A stretch of DNA of 64,000 nt from Tubulanus polymorphus (lineage: Eukaryota; Animalia; Nemertea): the NCBI RefSeq assembly GCF_964204645.1, contig NC_134025.1, positions 20,807,101-20,871,100 of the forward strand, written 5' to 3'. Numbering within the stretch: position 1 is the stretch's first letter; each line of letters starts with the position of its first letter. The translations under genes were made by a program, and so were the position numbers. The notes under the pieces were generated by a model. It saw only the letters and a program-made list of their open reading frames with translations, was not told where the DNA came from and did not search any database. This document shows positions 1 to 12,049 of the stretch, one piece after another.

Positions 1-3000
1 ACACTTTGTGTAGCATATGTACCATCAGCAGTGACAAGTTTCTTTACACCTGAGGTTTCACTCATCAAGGGATCCTCTGTAAAATCAATGCAAATATCGT
101 AATTAAAAGGTGGTTGGTGAAAATACGAAATACAGCACAGTCTCCAATAGAGTCTCCAGCAGAATAAACCGCTTGTATCACATTAGAAATCTATTGCTTC
201 CTATTGAGTGCTGAAAGTTTTACAGGAAATTAATTTTGGCCAATTCGATTGAATTATTCTATTTAGAGTTCCTGAACAGAGCAGAGGTAAACCCAGCGCA
301 ACTAGGAGCATAGTCTTGCTTAACATTTGGCAATTACACCAGCTCTGACCACACTGAGTAATAGTGAGTCGGATCTGTAGGGATCTAATGTATAAAAGTA
401 CACTTACCTTCAACAGTTTCTCCCGCTGCTTTCTTCATTTCGTCATCAACAATTGGTATCTGAAACCGAAAAATTATTGAATCATTATCGCGTACTACAA
501 GAAATAGAAGGCTGCAGCTTAGACTTTCGACATGTACACACCTCCCCAAGAGACTGTCGGATCAATAACATCACATTCTGGATATTTTCCGACGACGAAC
601 AATATTCACCGAGGATCCACAATCCAGCGCGGAAAATTCTGTCGTGAAATGAGACATGAAAATGACAGGTTAATGAAAATCAAGTAAGTCACAATTAAAT
701 TAACTTAATTCCTGGGCCCGGTTTCATAGACCGGTATCAAAGTTATCCCTACGGATAACTCCTAAATCAGGGTAACAACCACCATAGTAACAATGAGAAA
801 CCATGTCCATGGTTATAACTGACAAATTTCAAAATGTTCCCAGGGACTATTTTGCTTCCACATCTTTGAAACCCAGTTCTGAAGAATAACGGATTTACTT
901 CATATTCAAAGTAACTCCTTAGGTCAGTCGTGACTTACGATGCGCCTTATGAAATCTAAGAAACGTACTTGATTGCTTTTATGGTCGGGAAAACGTCCAA
1001 CAGTTTGCTGATTATCAGAGGTCGAAGGTTCTCGAATCGTTGTATCGCTTCTCGTATGAACACAAGCACATCTGCAGCAGCCAGTTCATTAGTGTCACTC
1101 AAGAACTCAGTCAACTGTAATGAGAGAACGCATATTTTTGTACTGTAAACTCCTAAATGGATAATCGCTTCGGTTCAGTGATTATTGTTTCGAGTTAGGC
1201 GAAAATTCATGTCAGACAATTGAAATTGAATTGATATTTCACTCTTAAAATTGTGTTCAAACTTAGCGACAATTATTTGAACCCGGAGTCTGAAAGGATA
1301 AAAGTAACCGCGTAAGAGTCAACAACTGTAATTCTAATTAGATGACAGCGATGAATACAAAACAGCAAAATATTCTTATCGAATGTCTTAATATACAGGG
1401 TGTCCCATTAATTACTATACATAAAGAACTGCCTGTATCCTTCACATTTCTCAATGAAATGTTTTGATTTTCCACCAAATGATAGAAGGTAAGGGTACTT
1501 TTGGATTATTACCGTGGTTGCTATGGTAATTTGCTTAGTGATTTCGTAGCAACTGATTACATTGTTGTAGTGATTTTTGGTATTTCTGAATTAGAATAAA
1601 ACACTACTAAACCATGTCTATGTCTCTGGAAGAAAAAACCTACATAGTATGCTGGTGGTATGAGAATAAATCTGTCTCAAAGTTGTTAAGAAGATTCAAA
1701 GTCAAGTTTAACACTAAAACAGCTCCGACCAGAAAAGCAGTGTATGACCTGATAAAGAAATTCGAAGAGAATGGCTCAGTTGAAGACCAAAGAAAGAAGA
1801 ATGGGAAACCTAAACACTCCACCTCAGGCGAATCTATTGAGAAAGTTAGAGTTGCAGTGGACGATAACCCCTATAAATCTGTTAGAAGAATTTCATCAGA
1901 AACAGGAATAAGCAGATCATCAATCCACAGAATTATGGTCAATGAACTGGTTCTCTATCCATACAAAATTCAAATCAGACAGCGAGTGAGAGATAAGGAC
2001 AAGGTGTTAAGTCGTCAGTTTGCGCGATGGATGTCACAAGAACTGCAGGCATCACCGGAATTGCTTCAGAAGATTTGGTTTAGTGATGAAGCCCATTTCT
2101 ATCTCACTGGTCAAGTCAACAGTCAGAACTATAGATATTGGGGTTCTGAGAATCCCCATTTGATTGCTGAGAAGCCGCTTCACGTCACCAAGTGTACTGT
2201 CTGGTGTGCTCTTGGGTCATCCAACATTATTGGGCCATACTTTTTTGAGGAAGAAGGCAGCGTAGTCACTGTGAATGGAGCCCGCTATCGTAACATGTTG
2301 ACACATTACTTCATTCAAAAACTTCGCAGACATCAAGGAGGGAGTCTCAATCAAGTGTGGTTCCAGCAAGATGGGGCGACATGTCACACGGCACGCAAAA
2401 CGATTGATGTTCTACGCAAGCATTTTGGTGACAGAATCATATCGTTGAAGACTACAAACAGCTGGCCCCCATACTCACCTGACCTAAATCCACTGGATTT
2501 TTACTTGTGGGGCTATCTGAAGGAAACCGTGTACCGAAACAAACCAGTAACTATCGATGATTTAAAGAGAAACATCCGCAAAGAGATCCGCACTATCAAC
2601 AGCGATGTACTGGGCAACGTACTGAGAAATTTCAATAATAGACTGAATCATGTGATAAAATCAAAAGGCTCTCACATTGAGCATATTTTGTAAACTAATG
2701 GGATTTTAATAAACTGATTTAATATTACGAAAAGTATTATTGTAGTCCATCTTTCCTGAAGATTTGGCTGATTTATCTCAAGCGGTTTGGAAATGAGAGG
2801 CAGTTCTTTATGTATAGTAATTAATGGGACACCCTGTATAAGACATTTGAGTCCTCTGGACCATTCATATCCTTCCAATGTATCTCAAACTTTACATGAT
2901 CCAAACCCCTGAACCCAGTTCCACAGTTGTGAGTTGGAGTTAACTCTGAGTTAAAATTAGTTCATTTTCAATGAGTTAACTCAGGGTCAAATTTTAACTC

Positions 3001-6000
3001 CAAACTGTGGAACTGGACCCAGTGGCCTAGAGATGTGCAACATTTGGTGTAGCATTGACTTCGTGGTGTAGCAGACCTACATTTTCAGATTTCCAATTTG
3101 ACATCAAATTTACAAATTTGCTCTAGGATAGTGATAATCCTTGGTCCACTGAAATTCATCTCCAACTCATAAGCATTCGAAAAACTATAAAGAATATCTA
3201 ATCTATTTAGACATACCAAAGGTATAATAGTAGAAGCCACGTCGGGGAACTTCACGCTGCACTGATGAAGCGTTCTGACTAACAACTGTCTGTACTTGCC
3301 AGTATCGTCCTGTTCGACTGAATCATTAGTTTTCATGATCTCCTTCTTCAATACTAACACCATCTACAGAACGAAATGCATTTTGAAATTATGAACATTC
3401 ATCAGTGAATAGAGCCGAACTTATCAAAACTAATCTTCGTATTGAAGACGTATTGGGATTGTTGAGGACCGTGCACAAATTCCCTCATTTTCCTTCCATT
3501 TATCATTACTATCTAATGCTCTTGGGTGTTTTCTATTTAGGCTTTTTTGGCACAGCGTCCTGTGATCCTTCTGAGCCTGTGCTTGCATTACGTTAAACTT
3601 ATTTTGCATATCATTGGAAAACAAATCATTCTATACACTCTTAGACTGAAATGAGTAGTTTTCTTTTCTTTGTATCTGGATTCATTTTCTGAGTCCAGAA
3701 GTTATAGAAGGCTTACCTCTTCGATGTTCCTAGATGTGACAAGATCAAAAGCCAGGTCAAGAGTTTTCCTGCGAACTTCTAGATCTGGAGCTGACAAAAC
3801 TCGCAAAATGTCCATAACCAATTCCTAATGAAATGAGTTGGTGAATTTACGAAATGTGGAACACAGTCATCTTCCGATTTTGAGACCAATGGCTTTTTGG
3901 CCGAATAATCAGTGTGGTAGATACTTAGAAATCAAGGATTCACAGTATCATACAACTGTTATTATAAGCTTCAAAGCCTACACAACCAATCTAAATTTCA
4001 TTTCAATTTTTTTAATCATACATCAAGATGAATATCACAGTCTCCAAAAATTTCATTGGCTATTATGTCAGTACAGGGAACGTTTTTTGACGGGAATACA
4101 ACATACTGATAAATAGAGATATGTATTACACAAGCTTTCATTTTATTTTCAAAAGAGTTATCGTACCTGCATCACTTTTTCATGACCCGGGTTATCCTTG
4201 AGCGAAATCAGGCGATCCAAGACGATCAACTTGACGTTGTTATCGCTTTCTTTCACGATCAGCTCAATGTAACTACTGGCAGCAGCCTGAAATAATACAG
4301 TAAAAACATAAACAATTTTGCTTATAAAAGCCCACGACTAAAATGAAATTCACTGAAATTCATTGGCAAAATATTTCAATAGGAACCATTATGACCTAGG
4401 GGATCGAATGAGACATTGAAACAAACCTTGACAGCGGTCGGAGCATTCGACAGCGTAACCAGTGTACCAGCTGCTTCGTATCTGACCGCAGGGCTCGATG
4501 AATTCAGTAAGTTGTAGATGCAACGGATAAATCGCGCCCTCTCAGAAGGATTTGCGTGGCAGACCTAATATGTAAAAGAGATTTTTATTTACGGCATTTA
4601 CGGAATGTATGAGTACATATATCGATTAAACAAAAACATGACATAGTCAATCCTCGATCATTTGGCGGCAACTTCGCACAGGGGCGGAGGGGTGGTCAAT
4701 GGCTTTTTATCGAATAATCAAGGGTTGGGGATAATAACCGATCACTTTTCAATTGACAATGAGCATTTGTAATTGAGAATACAAAGCATTGACAGAAAAC
4801 TAAGGATACCAAATAATTAAGGGGGTTGACGAGGTAAAACTTCGCTATGAATCGCGAAGATGAGTGAAATCTTAATCCAACAATCACAAAGTTGAAAAAC
4901 CCGCAAAATACGTAGAGATACGTAGAGTTTTCGATCAAGCAAATGAAAGGACTGTGATTTATGTTTAAAACCCAATATAAATGTCCTTTGAAAAGCGACA
5001 GAAACAAATTTAGACTCCCCACCAAAATATTTCAATAGCAAACGCACCTTATAAATCAGTTCTACGATCACCAATTGTAAAATGTCGTTGAAAGAATGAA
5101 CTTGATCGATACAGCTACTCAAGTAAGACAAAGCTCGATCCTGTAACGCAATAATTCACATACTTATTAACGATAAAATTACATTTTATGAACTTAGATT
5201 ATTGAGAAAAGATTCGAACGGTACAAACCTGGTCGGCGTGGATTAACATCATGAAAGCGTTTCTCTTACAGGATGCATCCTGCTCTTGTTCGAGAAAGTT
5301 GGCGATCAATTCGGGAGCATCGGGAATCAGGAAATCGTGATTTCTAAAATAAACACATGTAATTTTGTAATGTCAAAATAAAGTCTTGAAATACTACAAT
5401 CACAGTAGAATATACAGGTCATACGGGACTACCAGATGTTTTGGTTGGAGTTCTTAACATAAATGGGAAGAGTTTGATATAGAAATAATGGTTTCATTGA
5501 AAAACCTTCATTTTGATATCTTGAGTATTGTAGATACTTTTTTGTAATCAAATTCTAGTCATCGTAGTCAGTTGGACCTGGGCCTGGAACCAAAGTTGGA
5601 CTAAGCCAACAAACTTAGGCAGGATTCCAGTTTGAATAGTAATTCAGGATTACTAACTCTCTATCACCCTTCTACAGATAATACTAATCTCGAATAGGTA
5701 GAACCTATTCTGGTCAAGAAGTCAGGCTTCAAGTCAAATATCTCATCAACTTTCTGAAGAATCCTGCTGATGGCATCGAAACTCAACCGCAGTACAGAAG
5801 CACGGCCGATTTAGTTCAAATCCCCACAGGGAGGGTTCGAGCGTTCATCTAAATGGTGGCATTATCTCTCTGGAACAACTACGTACCTGTAAATAGTAAA
5901 AATAGCAAGCACAGTATTTCTCCTGACGTAAGCGTGTCGATGCTCTAAACACTGTCTGATTGCTGGCATCAATGGCTCCAATAATTCAGGCTCCTTCAGC

Positions 6001-7252
6001 TTACACAAGAACCTCAAAGTCGATCCACGAATGAATTCATTCGGATGTTGTAAATCCTACAATCACAAATATCAATCATCATTGGACAAGCAGCTGCAAA
6101 GCAAAAACTCGATAATTCAAATGGACGTAAAACCCAATGATGTACATAATAGATAATCAGTTTAAAACCCACTATCATACACAATTCAAAAGATTAAAAG
6201 CGAGATTTATTACTAATGAATTAGAAATAAAAGATACAACGTTTTGGACTATCTCTAGAGCCCATTGTCAACGACATTTTTTCTTTTTTATTCTTGAGTA
6301 ATGAATTTTCTTTTAACCTTTCAAATTTCGTATAGGCCTAAGTAGGCTTTAAACTTATTATCTATTCTCCATGTCAGTGTGGCTATACTCTTATCAAATG
6401 GACTTCATTGCTTATTCTTGTGGCTATAAAGGGGAGGGGAGTTAGTTCAGCATACAAGATTACAACATTAGTGTTTTTCCATCATTAAATTTGTTGTTAA
6501 AATAGTTTGGGATACAAAATCAAAACAATTAATTGATTGCACATGTACAATGTTCAAAACTTAGTATTGATTTCTAAACATACATCAAGACAATCCATTT
6601 GAAGTGTTTTTAAAACTTCCCAAAATAACTGGATTTTGTCTACGGAGGACAGACAGACGGATGAATGAAAAGTGGACAGCCAAGAGGGACTTAATTCCCA
6701 GATGGGCTAAGAATTGTAGGTGAAAATACAAACCTTCCTATACGCGTCGCAGACAAGAATCATTTCCTGCATCAGTTTTCCGTCGCCGGTGTATTTAGGA
6801 ACAACTTCCCAGAATATCAGTAGCAGCTTTTTGATTGTGTGATCTTGGACAGGCATCACGAAACGTATGATCGTCATCAGAATGGAGGGCAATTTCTCGC
6901 CGTTCAGAATCAACTGTATCGTTTTCTTCAAGGCTTCCACTTTCATTTTGTTGTCACCTTTTTCTGTACATACAGGTTAGAAAACAGTTTTAATCAGAAT
7001 GCACAAATATGAAACAATAAAATTCCAGCTATTCCGATACAAATGTCACGATGACCGGTTGGTCATAAAGTTAGTAAGTTATAATTGGTTCATTTCCGAT
7101 TAATTTTGCTTCAAAATCCAAACATTTTGCCTCTGATAAGGTATGAGAAACTGGAACCTACCTAAATCTTGTCGAAGCTGCATCTCATTTGGAGGCTCAA
7201 CATCGGTTGGCACGTTGATAAGGGTGTAACACCCTTGCTCGTTATTGGACAT
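1..7252 (-). CDS. COPB1: Coatomer subunit beta, 5' part (gene continues beyond window start). Coding exons: 7252-7162, 6963-6734, 6056-5887, 5343-5229, 5140-5048, 4564-4427, 4286-4167, 3824-3717, 3363-3217, 1114-969, 638-542, 459-408, 76-<1
   Basis: Spliced translation gives [15 protein letters not shown]...[31 protein letters not shown]...[31 protein letters not shown]...[20 protein letters not shown]...LWILGEY...[12 protein letters not shown], all characteristic of beta-COP. Every intron is GT-AG and the reading phases join without stops. Confidence 0.97.
1396..2836 (+). mobile_element. Full-length Tc1/mariner DNA transposon, DD41D (rosa-type), in a COPB1 intron
   Basis: Perfect 39-bp TIRs CAGGGTGTCCCATTAATTACTATACATAAAGAACTGCCT at 1396-1434 and 2798-2836, flanking TA duplication at 1394-1395 and 2837-2838, single internal transposase ORF. 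Confidence 0.96.
1614..2693 (+). CDS. DD41D Tc1/mariner transposase, 359 aa, uninterrupted
   Basis: N-terminal HTH region; catalytic motifs [17 protein letters not shown] and [20 protein letters not shown]; 41 residues counted between the second and third Asp. Confidence 0.95.
   Translation: MSMSLEEKTYIVCWWYENKSVSKLLRRFKVKFNTKTAPTRKAVYDLIKKFEENGSVEDQRKKNGKPKHSTSGESIEKVRVAVDDNPYKSVRRISSETGISRSSIHRIMVNELVLYPYKIQIRQRVRDKDKVLSRQFARWMSQELQASPELLQKIWFSDEAHFYLTGQVNSQNYRYWGSENPHLIAEKPLHVTKCTVWCALGSSNIIGPYFFEEEGSVVTVNGARYRNMLTHYFIQKLRRHQGGSLNQVWFQQDGATCHTARKTIDVLRKHFGDRIISLKTTNSWPPYSPDLNPLDFYLWGYLKETVYRNKPVTIDDLKRNIRKEIRTINSDVLGNVLRNFNNRLNHVIKSKGSHIEHIL
2913..3020. repeat. Short palindromic MITE-like repeat (CCAGTTCCACAGT...ACTGTGGAACTGG); related palindromes near 712-880, 22112-22246, 24631-24767, 25007-25130, 40580-40710, 45270-45390
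   Basis: Inverted terminal arms and internal self-complementarity; similar CCAGTT/AACTGG termini recur through the window. Confidence 0.6.
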
Positions 7253-7548
7253 TCTAGAAAAATAACATATCGTAAAATGGTTTGAAAAAATTCGGATTCC
7301 ATCAGCTTGAATGAAATTCAAGTTAAAAGGTCAAGTAATAATTGCTAGGATATAAAGAGGAATTATGCGATATCAAAATGGATATTTCGCCAAAACGGCA
7401 TAATTGTAGGCCTAACTGGAAGGCCTATACACTTATGCTATATTTTGACGAGTATCTTCGACTTTCAACGATCCATCAGCATAGTGAAAAACAAATTAAT
7501 AATTGATTTATCAATTCCACAATCACAAAGCCGAAAAATAAAAAAGGC

Positions 7549-7993
7549 AGTGGATATTTTACCGTATACGGCTGAGTATTTATTTCCACTATTTTACCGT
7601 TCATCGTCGCTGATTGGCTGATTTACACCGTGCATGCGCACGGTGGTGCACGACTTAGAAAATTCAAGGAAAGTGTGGAGAACAGAGTTAGAACGGACAG
7701 AGCGAACCTGGGCCAGTAAATTACTAGCGTAGCGTCTAACAACTAGGCCACCGAGCTCGCTGAAAACCACCCGAATGTTTTAACTATCTATAGTACCTCA
7801 CCTTACCCTAATCCTATCCCTAGGGGTAAAACGGAACCCTCTTCTCACCCTCTCCACATTAACCCTATCGAAACCCTAAACCCAATATAATGATTTTATT
7901 GTTACTTTTATTAGTTAATACTGTATATATAGTAATAATGTACGGTAAAATAGTGGAAGTAAATAATTTGCCGTATACGGTTAAATATCCACT
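7549..7993. mobile_element. Non-autonomous TIR element with ~56-bp imperfect TIRs, an internal tRNA-like segment and CCCTAA-like repeats
   Basis: Left end AGTGGATATTTTACCGTATACGG...CCACTATTTTACCGTTCAT matches the reverse complement of the right end ATGTACGGTAAAATAGTGG...CCGTATACGGTTAAATATCCACT. Confidence 0.8.
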
Positions 7994-8374
7994 CACCACT
8001 TCGAATAAAAAAACACTCAAACGTTAAAATTCATCAAAAAATTCAAAATAAACCACAGTCCAGTAGCTCAGTGGGAAAAGGTATGATACTACTATAGGGG
8101 TATTCGTTATCAGTGCTGAATGACAAGTCGATGGCATTTGGAGTCTCCTCCTCATCTAGTCAGTAACCTGTCTGTGGTTTAGTTTCACGATCGGATATTT
8201 TCACAAACCACAGTCAGGAATGGGAAGGTCATTTTTGTATGAAATCTTCGTCAGCCAATTTGACTGACGAGTAATTTGCCTGGCATTTCATTGTCTCTTA
8301 AGATATCCGTCTAATTTTTGTTGTAATCGACGCACAACAGATTCGTAGTTTGTCTGATACCTATAACACCTCAC

Positions 8375-8455
8375 CTGACGATCTTAATCCATGTGCAAAT
8401 CGGCCGTAAAGTGAGAGTAAATTTCCGTAGAGTCAACAGCTGCCATTTTGAAAAT
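8375..8455 (-). other. Candidate non-coding first exon / TSS region of COPB1
   Basis: Minus-strand AAAATGGCAG (YY1-like) motif near 8440-8450 followed by a CAG|GTGAGG donor at about 8374. The ATG exon has an acceptor 1 nt upstream of the ATG, so an upstream UTR exon must exist. Confidence 0.45.
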
Positions 8456-9447
8456 TACTGGAGGTGCTGGCACCTGTGGACTGAGGCCAGGACAACAGCA
8501 CAAACTAACAAAGCGAAACGACGAAATTGAAAAATATTAAGAAATCAACACTTATTCACATTTTTCTTTTACCAGAATTTATTATTTAAATATTAATTAA
8601 GGAAAACACGAAGATTTGAAATATAGGTTGGAAAACCATCAAAAATAAAAATTGTCGTTTCGTCTTGGAAGTTTTATATAAATCCTTGTAGGTCCCCTTG
8701 TCTTATCATGCCACATGTGCAATACAGAGAAATGGCGGCCAATGGCGAAATTTGTGGAGAAATTAATTAATTTCTCAAAATAATGTTGATTAATCACTCG
8801 AAACATGCATAAAATTGGATTATTTCGAAAGGTACCTGTGTAAGTTTGTGAAATAAGCCATTAATTGTGGACTGAAGTGGATAGAAAGTATATTTTTGAA
8901 GTGTTACTTTTTTCAACCGTGTTTTGGCCCTTGTCATCCCTAACGTTGGTATAAGCCCATCCGATTATAAAAGCTTACCACCAACGATTAGGTAACTAAC
9001 TACTCCTCATCATGACGTCAGCAGCTTAAATCGTGTGGGCAACTCAATTCAAGATTCAATCTACAGTATCCTTCCTAGATTCGACCTATAAAATACTTTT
9101 ACCAGGAGATGCCTAGGATAATGTATTGAATCTTCGATATTTTAACACCCAGCTATCGTGACAAGACCATGCACGGGTGGATTTGGCGGTACCGGCCGGT
9201 TTGTTGAGAATCTAATAAATCCATTCATTTCCGGGTTCGGAAAAATTTCATATGAGGGATATTCATAGACATTCGGGGAAGGGAAACATCACTTATCTTC
9301 ATCAAACCATCGACTGGTAGATGGCCTCACCCGACAAGCAACTTTTCAGCAAGAAAACTCGCGTCACTTACCTCAATTTACCGTGTTGAAAGCGAATAAA
9401 TCGAATAATAAATTGACAGAATTGCCACTCTCACTTACGTGGCGTAA

Positions 9448-9457
9448 TCTCGCGAGA
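9448..9457. promoter_or_regulatory. TCTCGCGAGA palindrome (housekeeping-promoter CGCG element), next to a minus-strand GAG|GTAAGT donor at 9371
   Basis: Exact 10-bp motif in a locally CpG-rich patch about 2.2 kb upstream of the COPB1 ATG; may mark an alternative first exon. Confidence 0.45.
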
Positions 9458-9687
9458 TGGTACGAGACCCTCGCTTGCCGCTACAGTTCAATATCAATTC
9501 AACTAAATTTTATTGAGGAAAATTATTTGGAAACAAAATTATCGACATTGAAAATCGGTCAAAAGTGCACTTAAACAAAATAGAAAATTTTGTATAGGGC
9601 TCATACAGATTTTGAAGGCTACTTGAGCTTTCAGTCGAATGGGATTGGAATTTTGTAATCTGTCACCGGCCGATCCGCGGGCAGAGA

Positions 9688-9829
9688 CCACAGGGGCTCA
9701 TTTGAGGGGTGAACTGTAGCTTAGATCATCCGGTATCCCTGGTACTATATGCATAAAAAGAAAGTTCCAGGGATACTGGATGATCTAAGCTACAGTTCAC
9801 CCCCAAACTTCAAATACGAGCCCCTGTGG
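9688..9829. mobile_element. Palindromic MITE (CCACAGGGGCTC...GAGCCCCTGTGG), copy 1
   Basis: Near-perfect foldback; homologous copy at 35768-35907. Confidence 0.8.
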
Positions 9830-10419
9830 CAGGACGCGATGAAACTCAAGTTCGTGGAACTACGTGGAAATCAGAATTTTACGATAATCATTTTCCCACA
9901 AATATGATAGAATTTTTTCAGATCACTGATTAAAAACAAATGTCTAGCCAAATGTGTTGCTCAGAGAACACATAACAGTAGTAATCCTGGAGAGAGTGGA
10001 AACTCACCGAGTGTGGATATTTCATTTATGGCAAGGGGTGCCAGTCGCCAGTCATCATTCCCCACCTAGGTGTTTCGATTGCCAATTAATTCGTGTCAAT
10101 CTTAATACTTTTAAATGGATTCCAGTTTATGTATAAATTATGTCATATACAACATGGTCAGTCCTCCTGGGGTAGGCACAACAGTTGCCAGAGCAGTTGA
10201 TACGATCCACATCTACATTAACTATGCAGTTACTGACTGCTAATCGACATAACCATTTTAAAATACAAAACTTAACAACGAAATCATCAATTAATTCCGT
10301 ACATTTAATTTATTATATAAAACAACTCTAGTAGGACAGTGTGCATGGTGATGTCACATTTCTATTCTCTTCTACAACCATTGGAAAAAATAGAATAGAT
10401 AACTTCCCATTTTCATACA

Positions 10420-10502
10420 TAATAGTAATAACATTAATAATAATCATCATAATGCATTTTCAATAATAATAATAATGATAATAATAATGATAATAATAAT
10501 AA
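10420..10502. repeat. Imperfect (AAT)n microsatellite
   Basis: Directly visible. Confidence 0.9.
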
Positions 10503-11034
10503 ATCAGGGCTCTTAGTTATCATGAAGGCCACAAATAATGAAGCACCTGTGCTCAGGATATGTACAAAAAATTATTATCAATATACATCTTATGTACATT
10601 ATGAACATCTCATGATAGCAGCCAGAACTACCTAATTTTCGCCCAATATCATTTGTCTTTATAAAGTTCTATCACAAATAATTCTACCGTGCACCAGCTA
10701 CAAAAACGATTCGCATAAATCCCACTAGTGGAACCTCTGAAAAACAAATCCGGCTAAAATGGCGCTGAAAAATTCTAAACAAACGAGAAAAGTTGAAGAT
10801 ATTTCGTAGCGGATATTTTCTGGTTGTTCGTACATTAAAAAGGTCTAACTCGAATTATCATTGAACTCAAACGAAAATCACTGGTCCCAATTGACTCGAT
10901 TTAGGAGTCTTCTGTACGTTATTATCATTGATAGAAAAGTAAAGAAAACCAAATTAGATTGGATCTATTGGAATGGATCTATTAATAAAATCAATCTTCA
11001 CACATTCAGCCATATAACGCACGCAATGTGCATA

Positions 11035-11223
11035 CAGTCAACCTCTGATATACCGCCCTCCCTTATACCGCCACAACCGCCTACCGTCATTTTTTCTCAA
11101 TGTACATCTCTATACAAATACATTTGTACATAGTAAAACACCCCCAATATACCGCCATACTCTCCATACCGCCAAAATGGTTCTGCACCAATGTGGGTGG
11201 TACCGTATATAGGGAGTTGACTG
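11035..11223. mobile_element. Tc1/pogo-type MITE (TA-CAGTCAAC...GTTGACTG) with internal TACCGCC repeats; related partial copy at 33745-33891
   Basis: CAGT termini preceded by TA; both copies share the internal motif GTAAAACACCCC...ATATACCGCCATACTCTC. Confidence 0.7.
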
Positions 11224-11825
11224 TTCTAAGATAAAGCGTTTTATTTCTCTGATCGAACACTTCAGGGCTCAGGTTCAAAAATTCTAAGCTGAAACGATTA
11301 TTACTACATATTTATGGTCGTGCTCATTTTCAAAAATCAAACCAATGACTCTACTACACAGAAACAAGTTCAATACCCTAGACTCATGGAAAAATATATA
11401 TTCACATGTACAGTAGAACTCGGATTTTCACTTAATTTGGATGAAATAATTGGTCCATTTAACCTGGAATCATGTAAACTATTATTCATTATTCAGAGTT
11501 TACTAAATTCAGAAAAATCTTGGCAGTTCCTAGTCATCCAAATTAAGCGAATTCTAGTGTAATACAATATAGAGAACAATTTCAGTAATCCAATTGCAAA
11601 GCAGAGAAATTGAAAGTCTTTCTAATAATATCTTCTTGGAATTTACAGCGAACATACGCGTTCTTTTCGAATGGGGTGAACAGAGTAGGTGGAGTCTCAT
11701 ATGCGCATAATTTAAAAATTACTTAAAACACAAAAATCCTGCATAAGATGAATCTTAACTGCGGAATATAACTACACGAACCTGGATCTTAAATTGATTG
11801 AAAATCCATACCGAATACCGGTACT

Positions 11826-12049
11826 CAGGGCTGCCAACCTCTGAAATGTACTATCAGTAACAAATTGAATTTTTTTCAGTACCATTTTATTGAAATGTGT
11901 AAGAAAATGTTCAAATTAATCAGTAATCAACAGTAAGACCCCCAGTAATATCTTTCATATTTCTGGTATGTATCAAATCAAATCAAATCAGTATTTCTCA
12001 TCAGAAAAGAGTAACAAATACTGAAAATCAGGAACAGTTGGCAGCTCTG
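11826..12049. mobile_element. hAT-like MITE (CAGGGCTGCCAAC...GTTGGCAGCTCTG)
   Basis: 13-bp TIR with one mismatch; GGTACT on both flanks (partial TSD). Confidence 0.7.

Noticed and set aside
5745-5790. CTGAAGA...GAAAC hammerhead-like core (also CTGATGA on the minus strand near 12930)
   Set aside because: Stems I and II do not pair convincingly at 5754, and the 12930 site lacks GAAA.
7700-7758. tRNA gene candidate
   Set aside because: Acceptor, anticodon and T stems do not pair; treated as a tRNA-derived part of a repeat.
8370-8383. ATCGTCAGGTG on the minus strand, like the 5' end of U8 snoRNA
   Set aside because: The match is only about 11 nt, coincides with a splice donor, and no C/D boxes follow at the expected spacing.
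8938-8944. CCCTAAC as a possible telomerase RNA template
   Set aside because: Too short, and no pseudoknot or H/ACA domain could be identified.
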